DNA of 61,828 nucleotides, the filler included. It is 16 parts of 16 records of this genome, joined end to end, with 100 filler letters (N's around TTAATTAATTAA, not from the genome) between each part and the next. Parts side by side here need not be neighbours in the genome. Positions count along the whole stretch, not along the records: positions 11,324 to 15,424 come from SRR7504441_126629; positions 15,525 to 19,596 come from SRR7504441_126676; positions 19,697 to 22,723 come from SRR7504441_126807; positions 22,824 to 26,794 come from SRR7504441_127025; 12 more parts are not named here. One strand, written 5' to 3'. Below the pieces are notes generated by a model, which had not been told where the DNA came from, did not search any database, and saw only the letters and a list, made by a program, of their open reading frames with translations. The translations under genes were made by a program, and so were the position numbers. Every line of letters begins with the position of its first letter. Within the stretch, counting starts at the first letter, position 1. Below, piece by piece: positions 11,451 to 23,813 of this stretch.

Positions 11451-14400
11451 ATGGCCGTCCTGAAGGCGCACACCTTCGACCTGAAATGCCGCAAGCTGGA
11501 CCCGCGGGGTGAGCTGGCCGGGTCGGCTCGGTCGAGCTGGGCCAGGGCCGGGCTACTGGGGCAACATGAGCAGCATGCCCTTCAGCGAGAAGGTCTTCCA
11601 GTGGCGCTACGTCACCTTCTATGGCAGGCTTTGGGGATGTGCGCCGGCGGGCCGGTCGGACGGTCGAGCGGTGGGGCAGGGTTTGTGTTCCTGATGAATA
11701 TGCTCTCGGTGATACTGTTTGTGGTCAACCAGTACGGTACGGCGATCCTCTACGTCAACGATCCGTTCCATGTGGCGGTGGAGGGAAACCAGGCCGAGAT
11801 CAACACCGTAGCTACCACAGACATCCTGTACGCGCTCACATTCGTGCCCCGGCCCGCCCACCCGCTACTGACTGGCTCGCAGATCTACATCATCGACTTC
11901 CTGATCCGAGGCGTAGCGGCCACCGACCGGTAGCCGCAGCCCCAGCCGCGCCTGCCCACCGTTGCGCAGGATCGCCTACCTGTTCAACTTTGGCCGGCGG
12001 CCCGGGCTGCTCAAGTACGTCCCGGTCCCGACGATGGACTTTTGGGACTTGGCTTCGATCATAGCAATCCAGGTGCCGGCGCCGGCATGCCGCTGGCCAG
12101 CCGGCCTCAGGTGGTGTACTTTATGACTGCCAACAACGACCCGAACGCGCGGTACGACCTGCAGGTGTTCTCTACGGTCCGGATCTTCGGCGTGACCGAG
12201 GCGCTCACCCTGATCCAAGCGCTGGTGCACCAGAAGAGCTCTACAATGGACATCTCGCCCATCCCGCGGATCCGCAAGGCGCTGCTCGAGACGGCCACCA
12301 CCGCCGTGGCAATAATCTTCTGCGGCGCGGCGCTGTTCATGCACATTGAAAACTGGAGCGACGACCGCGAGCCCAAGCTGGATTTTCTGCAATGCGTGTA
12401 CTTTGTTGTCACGACCATGACCACCGGTGCTGCCAGGCTGTGGCGGGCCTGACTGGGTGGCAGTGGGGTATGGAGACATTTCGCCCACCAGCAACCTGGC
12501 CCGCGGGTTCACGATCTTGCTGATGCTTTATCTAATCATCACGCTCTTCCCAAGGATCACCAATGCTGCGGAACTTATCGCGCAGATCACTCCTTACAAC
12601 TCCAAGCCCGGCACCTACAGTTCTCAGCCGGTGATCCTCTACAAGTACGGCAGTCCACCTTCAGTGGACATGGTCGACAAGTTTGCTTCGGAGCTGTTTC
12701 ACCCAGATCAAATACAGCAAGTCTCGCTTGTAGTCGGTAGCTCACACCAGCTGTGCCCGCCGTTTGAGTTGATTCGCAGTGTCAAGGAGTCCACCTGACC
12801 AGGAGCTTGATATCTACCTGACAACCCCACGTTCGGACAACATCACGTATATAGAGGGCTCGCTGATGGATAATATGACTTGTCGACGAGCAGGGGTTGA
12901 GTATGCCAAGGTGCGTACAAATGGGTGTTGCTGAGGCTGGTGGCAGGCTTGCATTCTGATGCACAATGATGACTGCCCTGTGGAGGAGATGCTCCTGCAG
13001 GACGAGAGTCTGTGTGTTATTGGGCTGCGGATCAGGCAGTACACTGACGATACAGCCATCAAGAGGGGGTGGACGGCCACGCCAGCACGAATTATTCTGT
13101 GCCTGAATCACACATACAACGCCATCTACTTCAAGCACAGCTTTTACGGTTCTGTACCGCCTGGGGATTTGGAACGGCAGACCGAATTCCTGTCGATCCG
13201 GGAGCTGCAGCTGCAGACTCTTGCCAAAGGGGTTCTCTGCCCTGGCTTCCACCCTTTTGTAGCCAACCTGGCGGCGCATGTGGAAGGCATGTCAATGGCA
13301 GAACTCCGTCAACAATTCGGCGAAGATTCAAGGGAGTGGCAGCTGGAGTATTTCCAAGGCGCATCTCATGAGACTTATTCCGCAGGGAAATCGGCCAGGT
13401 CATTTGTGAGTAAATTGAACAGAAGTCAAATGGGGACAGAAATGAATGTTGATGAATTCCGAACTTCGACGATCGATCTCGATGAGACGAGTGGGTTTGT
13501 GCCCGAGTGGATCAAACTAGTCAAACAAGGAGGACTTCCATGGACATACGTTGCTGCTATCGTGTATGAGCAAACTGGAGCAGTGATGGTGCACTATGGC
13601 AACCGGTACAAGCTTCTCTCTCCATCGCGAGAAGAAGCATCCAGCTGCATCGATGTGTTGAACAGTCTGACAGCTGAGACTTTTGAAAACCACCCACAAC
13701 TCTCACAGAAAGGCGTGGGCAAAACGGCACCTCTTTTTGCAGGAGTTGGTTGCAAATTGTGCGCCATACCACTCAAGGAAGACGCATGTGAAGATGTGAA
13801 CCTCGCTTACCAGCAGCTGGGCCTTGAGGCAAGCTTTGGGCCAATCAAGGAATTTTCGACACGGCACATGGTGCAGGATCCTCGGATACGCATGGACCCT
13901 TCGTGCAACCAGCAGCTCGTTCAAGATCCTTACTCCAAGCTGTGCAAGACCCTCAAGAACCATACAATCCTCATTGGCGGAAACGTCGAACATGTAAGTC
14001 CTGACCCTTAATGGCAACTTGATTTGGCAAACCAGGCGCCCTACTTTATCCGTGTGCTTCGAACTGTGGATGTAAGCTTGGAAGACCAGGGAGATATTGT
14101 CATATTGTCCAACCATATTGGCAGTCCCAAGACCCACAAGATCCTTTGTCTTTTTCGAGGAGTGTATGTTGTTTCGGTGCCAGAAGAAGACGCTGGCTTT
14201 GTGAGCATGAAGACCCTCATGGGAATCAACTTGCCTCTGGCGAAAAATGTCATCTTGACTGCCAATGCCGCTGGCACAGATGAGCAGACATACAACTTGG
14301 ACCACCATCATATGAGCCTTCGAGTGGTACGCTTATAGATGACTCACTGTGCGGGACTGAACATTTGGCTGTTCACAGTTGATCCGAAACGTCAATCCGA

Positions 14401-15147
14401 ATGCCCGAGTCATCTTCGAGGTCGAAGATTACGAGATGGCAAGGAATTTTATACGCGGCGACGAGGAATGCAACGCTTGGTGTGATGACCAAGCCATTCG
14501 TCAGAACTCCTATGCTGTCATGAGCAAGAAATGGAGTAGGAGGAGTTCAAAGCTGAACCGCGCAGCTTGTATTTCGAGTGGTTTGATTGTGGAAGAGGTG
14601 ATCTCTGCCAATAAGCTAGACCTAACGGATAGCCTTCGTGCAGGACATGTTTGCATCTATAGTGACCTCTTGCGTCCACCGGAGCAGTGACGTCCATCTG
14701 CTTCAGGCTATGCTTGGGGGCAGCAAGTTCGATTTTGCGATGAGCTGTGTCCAACTGCCACCAGCCTTTGCTGGCCGTACCTATGGCGAGCTCTTGCTTC
14801 AATTGTGCTTGGAAATGAAGCTTCCTGTTGCACTCTACAGAGCCGCCGAGGACGATCTGCAGGAATACATCTACACAAATCCCCTGAGTTCAACCATCCT
14901 CAGAGCTAATGACTTGGTCTACGTTTCAAGCAAACCTGAAACTGAAACGGCCTGCTGTGCTAGACCTGGCGTTCCAACCAATAGCACGGCTGTAAGTCAT
15001 CCTAGCCAGGAGGAGCTCAATGAATTGTACTCTGTGACCTCCGAAGACGCGCTGCTGACACACCGAGAGGCGCTGAAGCAGCAACTCGGGAGGTCTTCTT
15101 CATGGGGGGAAGCGGCAGAGGATCCATCAAATGAACCCCAACTTTGA
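11451..15147 (+). CDS. BK/Slo-type K+ channel with RCK-like C-terminal region, multi-intron
   Basis: The selectivity filter TTMTT|VGYGDISP is restored by removing a 37-nt intron. Also YIEGSLMD..TCRRA, LSIRELQLQTLAKGVLCPGFHPFVANL, EWQLEYFQGASHETY, LKNHTILIG and FAGRTYGELLLQL...LPVALYR...YIYTNP. Confidence 0.88.
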
Positions 15148-15154
15148 TGGATCC
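15120..15154. repeat. Perfect 12-bp inverted repeat enclosing the BK channel stop codon
   Basis: GGATCCATCAAA - 11-nt loop - TTTGATGGATCC. The TGA stop (15145-15147) lies in the right arm. Confidence 0.85.
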
Positions 15155-15240
15155 CGAGTGTCGAAACCAATCAGATTTGTTCATAGACACGGAGAGCGTG
15201 CCTGTAAACAAATCTGCTATGGTTTCGGCATGGCCGAGTA

Positions 15241-15311
15241 GGTGGATACAAGAGGTAATTACAGATGCAAACATGTTATAAGCATGTCCTGTATCCTCTT
15301 TCACAATCAAA
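15241..15311 (-). repeat. Inverted, diverged copy of BK channel exon junction 14582-14680
   Basis: The reverse complement reads TTTGATTGTGAAAGAGG...CAGGACATG...ACATGTTTGCATCTGTAATTACCTCTTGTATCCACC. It matches 14582-14598 at 16/17 and 14645-14680 at 31/36. Confidence 0.85.
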
Positions 15312-15524
15312 ACTATACTTTTTCAGAGAGTCGGTATGAAGCGTTTACTTACCCCGTAAGTACGAGTACGCTCAGTTAATTAAATACTGTACTCTATAGA
15401 TTATTTCGAATACAAATACTGCGTNNNNNNNNNNNNNNNNNNNNNNNNNNNNNNNNNNNNNNNNNNNNTTAATTAATTAANNNNNNNNNNNNNNNNNNNN
15501 NNNNNNNNNNNNNNNNNNNNNNNN

Positions 15525-18500
15525 TGATTGTCATACAGGTGCTGCAGCCCGGTGTGCGTCACACCCGCCGTCAGGAGTCCTTCACGTGCCGGCTTCGACC
15601 CAGTCGTTTCCCCCCTGAAGTCCGACCCAATCTTGACTTCCGTGTGCAGGCCACCGTGCTGCTGATCCGGCTGATCCAACTCCATCCTGAAGCCAAACCG
15701 TAACCGCCGTAGCCCGTGTCCGTTATAATCTACGGCAACATGCTCATCGAGCCGGCGGATGGAGCAGGCGCGCCCCACCAGGTCTGGAACGCGTGCATCA
15801 ATCAGTCGTGCACGACTCCGACCGAGTTCGCCCAGACGGCCGACCAGCTCCGAGCGGCGTGGTCCGATATATGGCAGGGAGAGGCCATGGGCTGCGCGGA
15901 CGCCATGAAGACGCTCCTGTACATTGCCGATCTGCACTTCAAAGCCGGCGAGATGGAGAAGTTTGAGTGCCTGCTTCGGCACGTGAAGGACGGCCTCGAC
16001 CGGGCCAGCTGCGAGCCGCTGGCGGGCATCCACCTCGATCTCAACCTCATCCGTTCCCACGACACGCCTCCCGACTCGCGCCACGATGCGGCCTCCCGTC
16101 TGCTGGCTCAGCCGATGCCGATGGCTGCCGCTGTGTTGAGAGATGCCGCCCTCGACCATGCGCACTCGATCTGGGAGAGCGACGACGGCGAGGAGACGCT
16201 GCGCTGGCTCGAAATGGCCAGGGCCGCCAACGAGAAGCCAGGGATCAGCGACAATGCAGAGTTTAGAGTCTTGTGAGGGCCTGCTGACGCGTGCGGGGCT
16301 GAGCACCGTGCCAGGATCGCCGAAAGGCTGCTCTTTGCCTTCTTTCACTTCGAATCGCTCTCAGAGGATTGGCGGAGCTGGGCCAGCACCAATGCAGAGG
16401 AGCTCCTGCAGGCCTGCAGCCCCGGTCAGTTCTCCAGTCGGACCAAGCCAAACTTCAGGTCGCCTCAATCGTCTGTGACGTCCACTCAGATTGTCTCTTT
16501 CGCAGCTACGTTTCTCTGCTGCTGTATTCTGCCCAGTCGCAGATTCGAGGCCCTGCCGACCAGCCGATCGACTTCGTTGCACAAACCGTCCAAGACATGT
16601 TGAGCGGCGTTGATGAGAACCAGAACATAGCTCAGATGGTCGAATTCATTTGCGCCGCTCTGGTTAATTCCTACCCAGTCAGAGTCCTGAAGGCTGCGAG
16701 AACAGGTCGAGGCAAAGCACATGAAAGCGGCCCACGTGGTGTTCGACCAGGCAGTGAGCTGTTTCAAGGCTCGACCGCCCATCCCGAGGTCGATTTTCAT
16801 GCCGGGCCGCTGTCACGGCGCAAAAGGTCGCTACTGGTCCAGTACCTGAGATTCTGCGTCGAGGACTTGAAGGACCTGACTCAGGCACGAGCAGTCTTGG
16901 ATCTGATGCCAAGCCATCTGAACGTAATCGAGCCGTACAATCTGAGCTGAGACTTGCCTGCTGTCAGGACGAAGAATACATGTCAGCGCTGTCTACCTCC
17001 GCCATCAAGTGTGCAGAGACAATCTGGGACAAAGGCAAATTCGACGAGGTGCCGTACTGGGTCGAGAAAGCTCTGGGCTTCGCAGCTCAACCTAGCCAGC
17101 TCCTGCATCTGCTTTGCTGCCAGGTGGACGCTCCATACTCGTGACGCTGACTGCACTGGCAGTTCCTCGTCGATTCCGCCTCTGGGTCTGCCAAGGCGCT
17201 CGAGTGTGCGACGAAAGCTTTGGAAATCGAGCAGACTCCGCAGGTTTGGCGTTTGATCATCTATCTTAGTGCGCAATGAGTGATTCAGGCGCTATTCTGG
17301 TTCACACTCGCGAGCATGATGCAAGCCCCACCTAAGGATGCCAGTGAGACGACAAAGCTGAAAGAGGCGCTCGAAATCGCTCGAGCCTCCCCAGATTTTG
17401 GTCACGGCATGTTCATCGCTCTGGCAGACAAGGCAGTCTCGCTCCTGACTGAGAACAGCAACCCAGACCCTGCTGTGAGTCAAGAGAACAGTCGACGATT
17501 GCTCCAAGCTGTCCTCTGCATGAGCTGCTTCGATGTCAGCACCTGGAATCAGCGAGGTATTTCTCCTCGAGTGCACTTTTGAAATGGGAAACTGGACAGA
17601 CACAGCCCATGATAGCTACTCAACATGCGTACTGACGCGTGCTCTTGGCACGATTGCGAAAATCTTGAAGCCGCTACTCCAAATGGAATCAGAGAAGTGG
17701 TAACAAGGTGGAGCGTCGGCTCTTTAGCCAACTCTTCGTGCAGGAGATGGGATCCAGCGAACCGAAAGCTCTTGCTGCAGAGCATGGTGAAAGTATGCAG
17801 GTCCCCTTGCCCGCACCTGCTCGATCCGAACGTGCGCCAGTGTGTGCTACAATGCCCTCGAGAGCAAGGACTTCCTTCTGGAGCCAGAGTGCAAGCGGCA
17901 GATTTTCACCATGTGCTGGAATGTGGCGATCCATTTCTCTGACCATGACAACATCTGCGGCATTGCATACCTGTGCTGTCTTTCTTCTATCACAGGCAGC
18001 AGCTCGCGCTCGCCGAGTTGACTCGAATGCTGTATCAGATGACTGGCCTCCGGAAGTCAAGAAGACTGTGACCATCTCTGTAGCCGCGCCGTCCACACCT
18101 GCGCCTGATCAGATCTGACAGGCGGGAATTGCCGCATTGACACAGCTCGAAATTGCAAATCCACCGCGAGAGCAAGTGCCAGCTAGCATCCAAGACCTGT
18201 TCAGAGTGACCTATGGCTGTAGCACTCCGGTTTAAGCATCTCGTAGGTCAAGCTGCCGGTTCTGCTCCAGGCTGCAGGCACAATGGACCCAGCATATGGG
18301 CTTGTCAGCTTCCGTGAGCGCGCCGCCTGTGTGTCCAATGACATTCTGTTTCAGTCCAAGTCAAGAGCCTGCTTCTGCTCAGCCCGAAGCACAAGATTGA
18401 GCTGCAAGAGTGGTTTGACCAGCACAAAGACCAGCAGCCCGGCACAATCGGGAGCTCAATGTGGGTGAGGTGACTGTTATGGCCATGTCCGAGTGTGCTC

Positions 18501-19185
18501 TGAAGGAACGGATCGCTGGTGCAATGAAGCAAGCTGGGCTGCCATCGTCCATTTCCAATGAATGTCTGGTCAAGGCACTTCGAGCCTTCCAGGATATACT
18601 TATGGCAGCCCGGACTGGCGCTACCGTCACCGCAGGAGTCTCAGTCAATGCGCTGACCTCGCAGCTCCGTGTGATGCTGCTTCTTGCGCAAGCCAGTCCA
18701 GTCGAAGCGACCCACCATCTGCAGGCCTCCGGCACCCTCGAGCAAATCACTGAGCAGCTGCACTCGCACGGCCCAGGCGCTCTTCAGCAAACTGTCCAGC
18801 TGCTGCAGGGTGAACGGCTGCAGCTGTCGGCTGCCGAGTGGCGGCCGCAGGGCTGTTCGTTGAATTCTTCGGTGCCGCCAAGAGCACCCTCGCGATCACT
18901 GGCCAGACGCTGGTTGCAAAGCGGCTCTTTGACTCGGCTGTGTATGTTCACGATGTCTTGGCCAGGGACTTTAAGCAGCCGATGGTGCAGGAGACAGTCT
19001 TGAGGTGCGGCATGCTGCCATCGCCGCTGAAGCCCAGCTGCAGGGACGATCAGGAACGGCTCGCTCGGGCCCAAATGGGCGGCCAGCAGCCTGCCTCGAT
19101 GCATATGCACAATGCAGAGCGGGCCCAGCTGAACATGCAACAGAAAGCTCCAATGCACATGGTTAATATGGAGCGGCCTAACTGA
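15525..19185 (+). CDS. Large alpha-helical protein of unknown function, 5'-truncated, multi-intron
   Basis: Chain of plus-strand protein-like ORFs (15716, 16369, 17280, 17708, 18461, 18838) with short GT/GC-AG-bounded interruptions. No family recognised. Confidence 0.55.
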
Positions 19186-19697
19186 GCTGCTCCAACCACG
19201 ATCGTCAACGTGTTATGAGATACGCCCTTGTGCAAGACGCGCCATACGAGGGGAGTCACGATCATCCTGTATTTGCCTGAACCTGATCTGGCTGTTCTTC
19301 CGATGTTATTCCGACGTAGAGCGCTTGCAAACTCCAGCTGGGCCACGTACCCATTATTAGCTCCCGGTTGCATCCGTTGCGCACGAGCGCCCCAAGTATA
19401 GTACTAGAACTTGTCGATTGGTTGACGCCGCACCACGTACTATAGTGCCTACAAGTATAGTGGCTTAAGTGAATTGATGCGTGTCAATCAATAAATAAAT
19501 GTGTACTGTCTGGCCAGACGTTCCCGAGTCCAAAAAAAATCATGATGCCAATTAATTATAAGTACTTGTAATGGTACATTCATGAAAGTCGGGGCCNNNN
19601 NNNNNNNNNNNNNNNNNNNNNNNNNNNNNNNNNNNNNNNNTTAATTAATTAANNNNNNNNNNNNNNNNNNNNNNNNNNNNNNNNNNNNNNNNNNNNC

Positions 19698-22650
19698 GGT
19701 CCGGGGGAGTATTACGTCTACTACCTGCCCCACTATCAGACTGGGGGCGGGGCCGGGGTCCATTTCAGCTGGTTCAACTGCTCGGACCCGACCCACGGCC
19801 GGACCTGTGTGCTCGGGACCCGTCCCGCGGCCAGCAGCAGCTGCACGGCGGCGGACCCAAGCTCCACAGCGGTCGTAGTTGAGCTGGAGAACCGGCCGAA
19901 CCAATACGGAGAGCACGACCACACGCCGAGCGGCGAGCCGTTCCACGGATTCACCAGTATGGAGCTAGTGGCCGCCCCGAGCGAGCTATCTGGGCTTGAA
20001 CCCGGGATGCGTGTGTTCATGGAGCCCCGGGAGAACCCGATACGAATGTTCGACCAGCTCCCAGCTCACTGGGCGCGGGGCGGGGAAGTCACTTCGCTCG
20101 AGATCGAGCACTTGATGGCCGGAGAGTACGTCACCTTCCAGGCAGGCGTGTGGGCCAAGGGACGCGCTCTCTCCAATCTGGCCGTGAGCTTCACGCCGCT
20201 GACCGGCAGCGGCAAGGTCGTGCCAGCGAGTGCGTTCACCTGCTTCAACCTGGGAGGTACGGACCAGTCGGGCGAGGCATTCAGCAAGAACGTGAGTGTG
20301 CCTGCCGGCAGGGTGGCTGCGCTCTGGTTTGGGCTGGAGCTGCCTTCGGACGTGGCATATAACGGTACGTTCGAAGCAACAATCACCGTGTCTTCTGCCG
20401 AGGGTCCCAGCAAGCAACTAATGCTGCGCTTGCATGTCGCTGTGCCGCCGAACGGCCAGCCGGTACCGCTACATGGAGACGGCGATGTATACAAGATGTC
20501 GAGGCTGCGCTGGCTGGATTCGACGCTCGGAGTGGACGAGCAAGTGACGGCGCCCTTCACCAACCTGACAGCCTCGCCAGTCGCCAGCGGAGGGATCGCA
20601 ATACAGGTCATTAACAAGCGGGTGCTGATTGGAGCTGATGGGCTGCCGGCCCAAGCCACGGTGACAGCGACCAAGCTTCGCCAAGGCCGGAACGTATCTG
20701 TGTCCTATCCCGTACTGAGCCAGCCTGTTCAGTTTGTGGGTTTGGTTGATGGCAAGGCGACCCCAATGCACCTGACACAACCGGCCACTCTTGTGAGTGT
20801 CTCCCCGTCAACAGCGCGATGGTCAGCTCTGATGGACGGCGGCGGCATGGCCATCAATGTGACCGGGTCAATGGACTTTGACAGCTACCTCACATACGAG
20901 ATAACAGTCAGTGCGAGCCAAGATGTGGATCTCTCAGATATTCAGCTCAAGCTCAGCCCTACCAACGAGACTGCTCGGATGATCTGTGGGATGGGCACCG
21001 ACGGCGCCTATCTGCGCGATCTGTCCTGGGTGTGGGACGTGTCACAGGGCAACAATCGGCTGTGGCTGGGGCGAGTGGAGGCGGGTGTGTATTTCTATCC
21101 GCGTGGAGACGGCACTCACTGGGAAAACCCGAACTACAGCAAAGACTATCCAACACTCCCCTTCATCCCTGAAAGCTGGGGCGGTGTTGGCAGCTCCAAA
21201 CTCAACAAGACAACAGTCACGGGCGCCACCGTCAGGGGAGGGCTGGTCACCACCTCTTCTGGGGCCAGAATGCTCACGGCAGGCGAATCAGTCAGCTTCC
21301 TGTTCGATATGGCATTCACCCCGTCCAAACCTCTCGATCTCCGACACCACTGGCGCTCACGCTACTTGCAGATTGGCTACGGAGTCGATTACACCTCTCC
21401 ACAAGACGTCGCCAGCATGGGCGTCACTGTGGCTACCCTTCATCAAGGCATCGGCGGAATCCACAACGGCTCGATGGTCAACCCATACATCAACTGGCCC
21501 TTTGTGCCTGACGTCGTCCAGTTCATGGAAAATTACACTGCTCAAGCTCACGCTCTGGGTGTGCAAGTCAAATTCTATTACACGATCAGGGAGCTGACTA
21601 ATCACGTAGCCGAGCTGTTTGCACTCAAGGCGCTTCAGGGCGAGATCCTTACACCTGGCGACCCCTACACTATCCCGCAGGTTGGATACAACCACGACTG
21701 GGACGCTCATGGCGGAGGCGCGTATTTGCATCAGCACTTAGTCGAGAATTACATTTCGTGCTGGCAACAGGGCCTGGCGAATGGGGAGACTGACGCCTCG
21801 GTGTGCGACCAAGGCACATCTCGGTGGTTCAATTATTATCTCGAGGGCGCATTCTGGTCGATCTCACAGGCGCCGCACATTGATGGAATCTACTATGATG
21901 GGATCAACTTTGACCGTCGAGGAATGCGAAGGGTCAGAAAGGTTCTAGATCGGGCCTCCAGAGGCAAGAAATTTGCTCCTCTCATTGACATACACACTGG
22001 CAACATCGGAGTGAATTCGCCATCAGCTGTTTCTTACCTTTCCCACTTTCCATACGCTGACTCTGCTTGGTGCGCCTGATTTGATGGGCCATCGTCTAAT
22101 TGGGGTTGACAGGAATGGCGAAGGATTTAACTTTGCACTCGACTCGGCCTATTGGCTTGTTGATGTCTCTGGGTTCATTCACGGAATTCCCTGCGATCGG
22201 CTGGGAGGACCAGACGCAATCAAGGGGATGCTGTTTGGGAACTATCAACGGAATTCGGCGTCAGCGAGGCCCATATGGAAGTTTTGGGATCTTGTAGGCA
22301 TCCAAGACACAGCAATGATTGGCTGGTGGGAAGATGACGCACCTGTTAGGCCGATATACAACAGCACTAGCTGTGGGTCGGATGATGGTGTCAAGGCAAC
22401 AACTTACGTGAATTACAAGAAGTCCATGGTAGTGGTGATGGCGTCCTGGTGTGCATCGGACCAGGTGCTGAGCGTCGATCTCGAGATCGACTGGGAGGCG
22501 GTGGGGCTCGACCCTCGCACTTGTCGTGTGACCCAGCCAGGGGTCGACGGAGTTCAGACCGCTATAGATCATGGGTCAGGCGCAGGAGGCAGTTTCAACA
22601 TTAGCAGCCGTACCAACGGCGGTGCTATGCTCCTGTTTGATTCCACGTAG
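19698..22650 (+). CDS. DUF6067-family putative glycoside hydrolase (GH123-related), 5'-truncated, one 43-nt intron 22070-22112
   Basis: YYVYYLP, SRLRWLDST, NPYINWPF, VKFYYTIRELTN, RWFNYYLEG, DGIYYDGINFDR..MRRVRKVLD, LIDIHTGN, FPYADSAW|NGEGF and YWLVDVSGFIHG. Confidence 0.8.
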
Positions 22651-22823
22651 AGCTGTAGGAATTCCTACGCACGAAGTTTGTAGTGCAATATAATTAGGGC
22701 TGTCCCAAACACAGGAATACAATNNNNNNNNNNNNNNNNNNNNNNNNNNNNNNNNNNNNNNNNNNNNTTAATTAATTAANNNNNNNNNNNNNNNNNNNNN
22801 NNNNNNNNNNNNNNNNNNNNNNN

Positions 22824-23625
22824 CAGCCGCTTTAGTTTCAAAATGCATGCATGACACCGCACCGAGGATGAGCGTGTTGACACACCCAGAGAAGGCCGCC
22901 AGTGTCTCTGGTGATGGCGTGGTGCCCGCAGCCCGGTCCTGACCACTGATCAGCCACGCGTGCTAGCGGTTGCCACCTTAGGTGTGCCTTTGAGGATCAC
23001 GTCACCGGCTACGTAATAAGCAGCGTAAAACACGGCCGAGCCAAGCCCGCAAAAGATGCCGAGCAGAGTGCTGCCGATCGATTTGCCGTTGCCAAAGGTT
23101 TTAATCTCGGACACCGCCAGCCCTGCCACGATCAGGCCGAGCCCGGACCACTGCAAGGTGCTGAACTGTTTGTTTAGGTAAAATCTCTTGATCAGTGCAG
23201 CAAAGATGGTGACGCTGCTGTAAAGGACCACAAACACTGAGGAACCCGCCACTGAGATGCAGACCTAACTGCCGGTGAGCGGACGGGCAGGGGGAGCGCC
23301 ACCTGCACCAGGGACTCGCCGAGCAGATTAGTAAACGCCACGAACCAGAACCGATGCTCATATCTGCGGCCCAGTCACGCTGCGGCTGCCGGGGCGGCGC
23401 CTTCTGCGGCTGTGATTGGTGAAAAGCTCCCCAACGCACAGCGCCTGGCCCAGGAAGAGCGGCAGGATGGCGATTGCGGTCCGGGCTTCACCCAAACCAG
23501 CGTAGTCCTCCCTGTCTCCGGTGCGGCCGGCAGACGGGTGGGTAGCACCACTGAACGAGCAGGGTCATCACCACCCCGGACACGCAGAAGCTGATATTGC
23601 TCCACCAGAATACGGCGGTCGGCAT
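22824..23625 (-). CDS. Drug/metabolite (SLC35-like) transporter, 3'-truncated, short introns
   Basis: Spliced hydrophobic segments: WSNISFCVSGVVMTLLVQW, LFLGQALCVG, VAFTNLLGESLVQ|VCISVAGSSVFVVLYSSVTIFAALIKRFYLNKQFSTLQWSGLGLIVAGLAVS and LLGIFCGLGSAVFYAAYYV. Confidence 0.75.
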
Positions 23626-23813
23626 TTGCACTGTCGCGTTGGATTGCCCTGGGTAGGTTGTTCCCCGTTCCACGCACCCTCTGTCACGACAGGATCGCCT
23701 CGCACTGGTCGAACACGGGAGCCGGACGCTGCTGCTCCAACTCGCACAGGTCGAACCGGGCCGGACGAGCTGCTCCAACGGTATTGTAACGAACTTCTTA
23801 TTACAGGAGTGAC

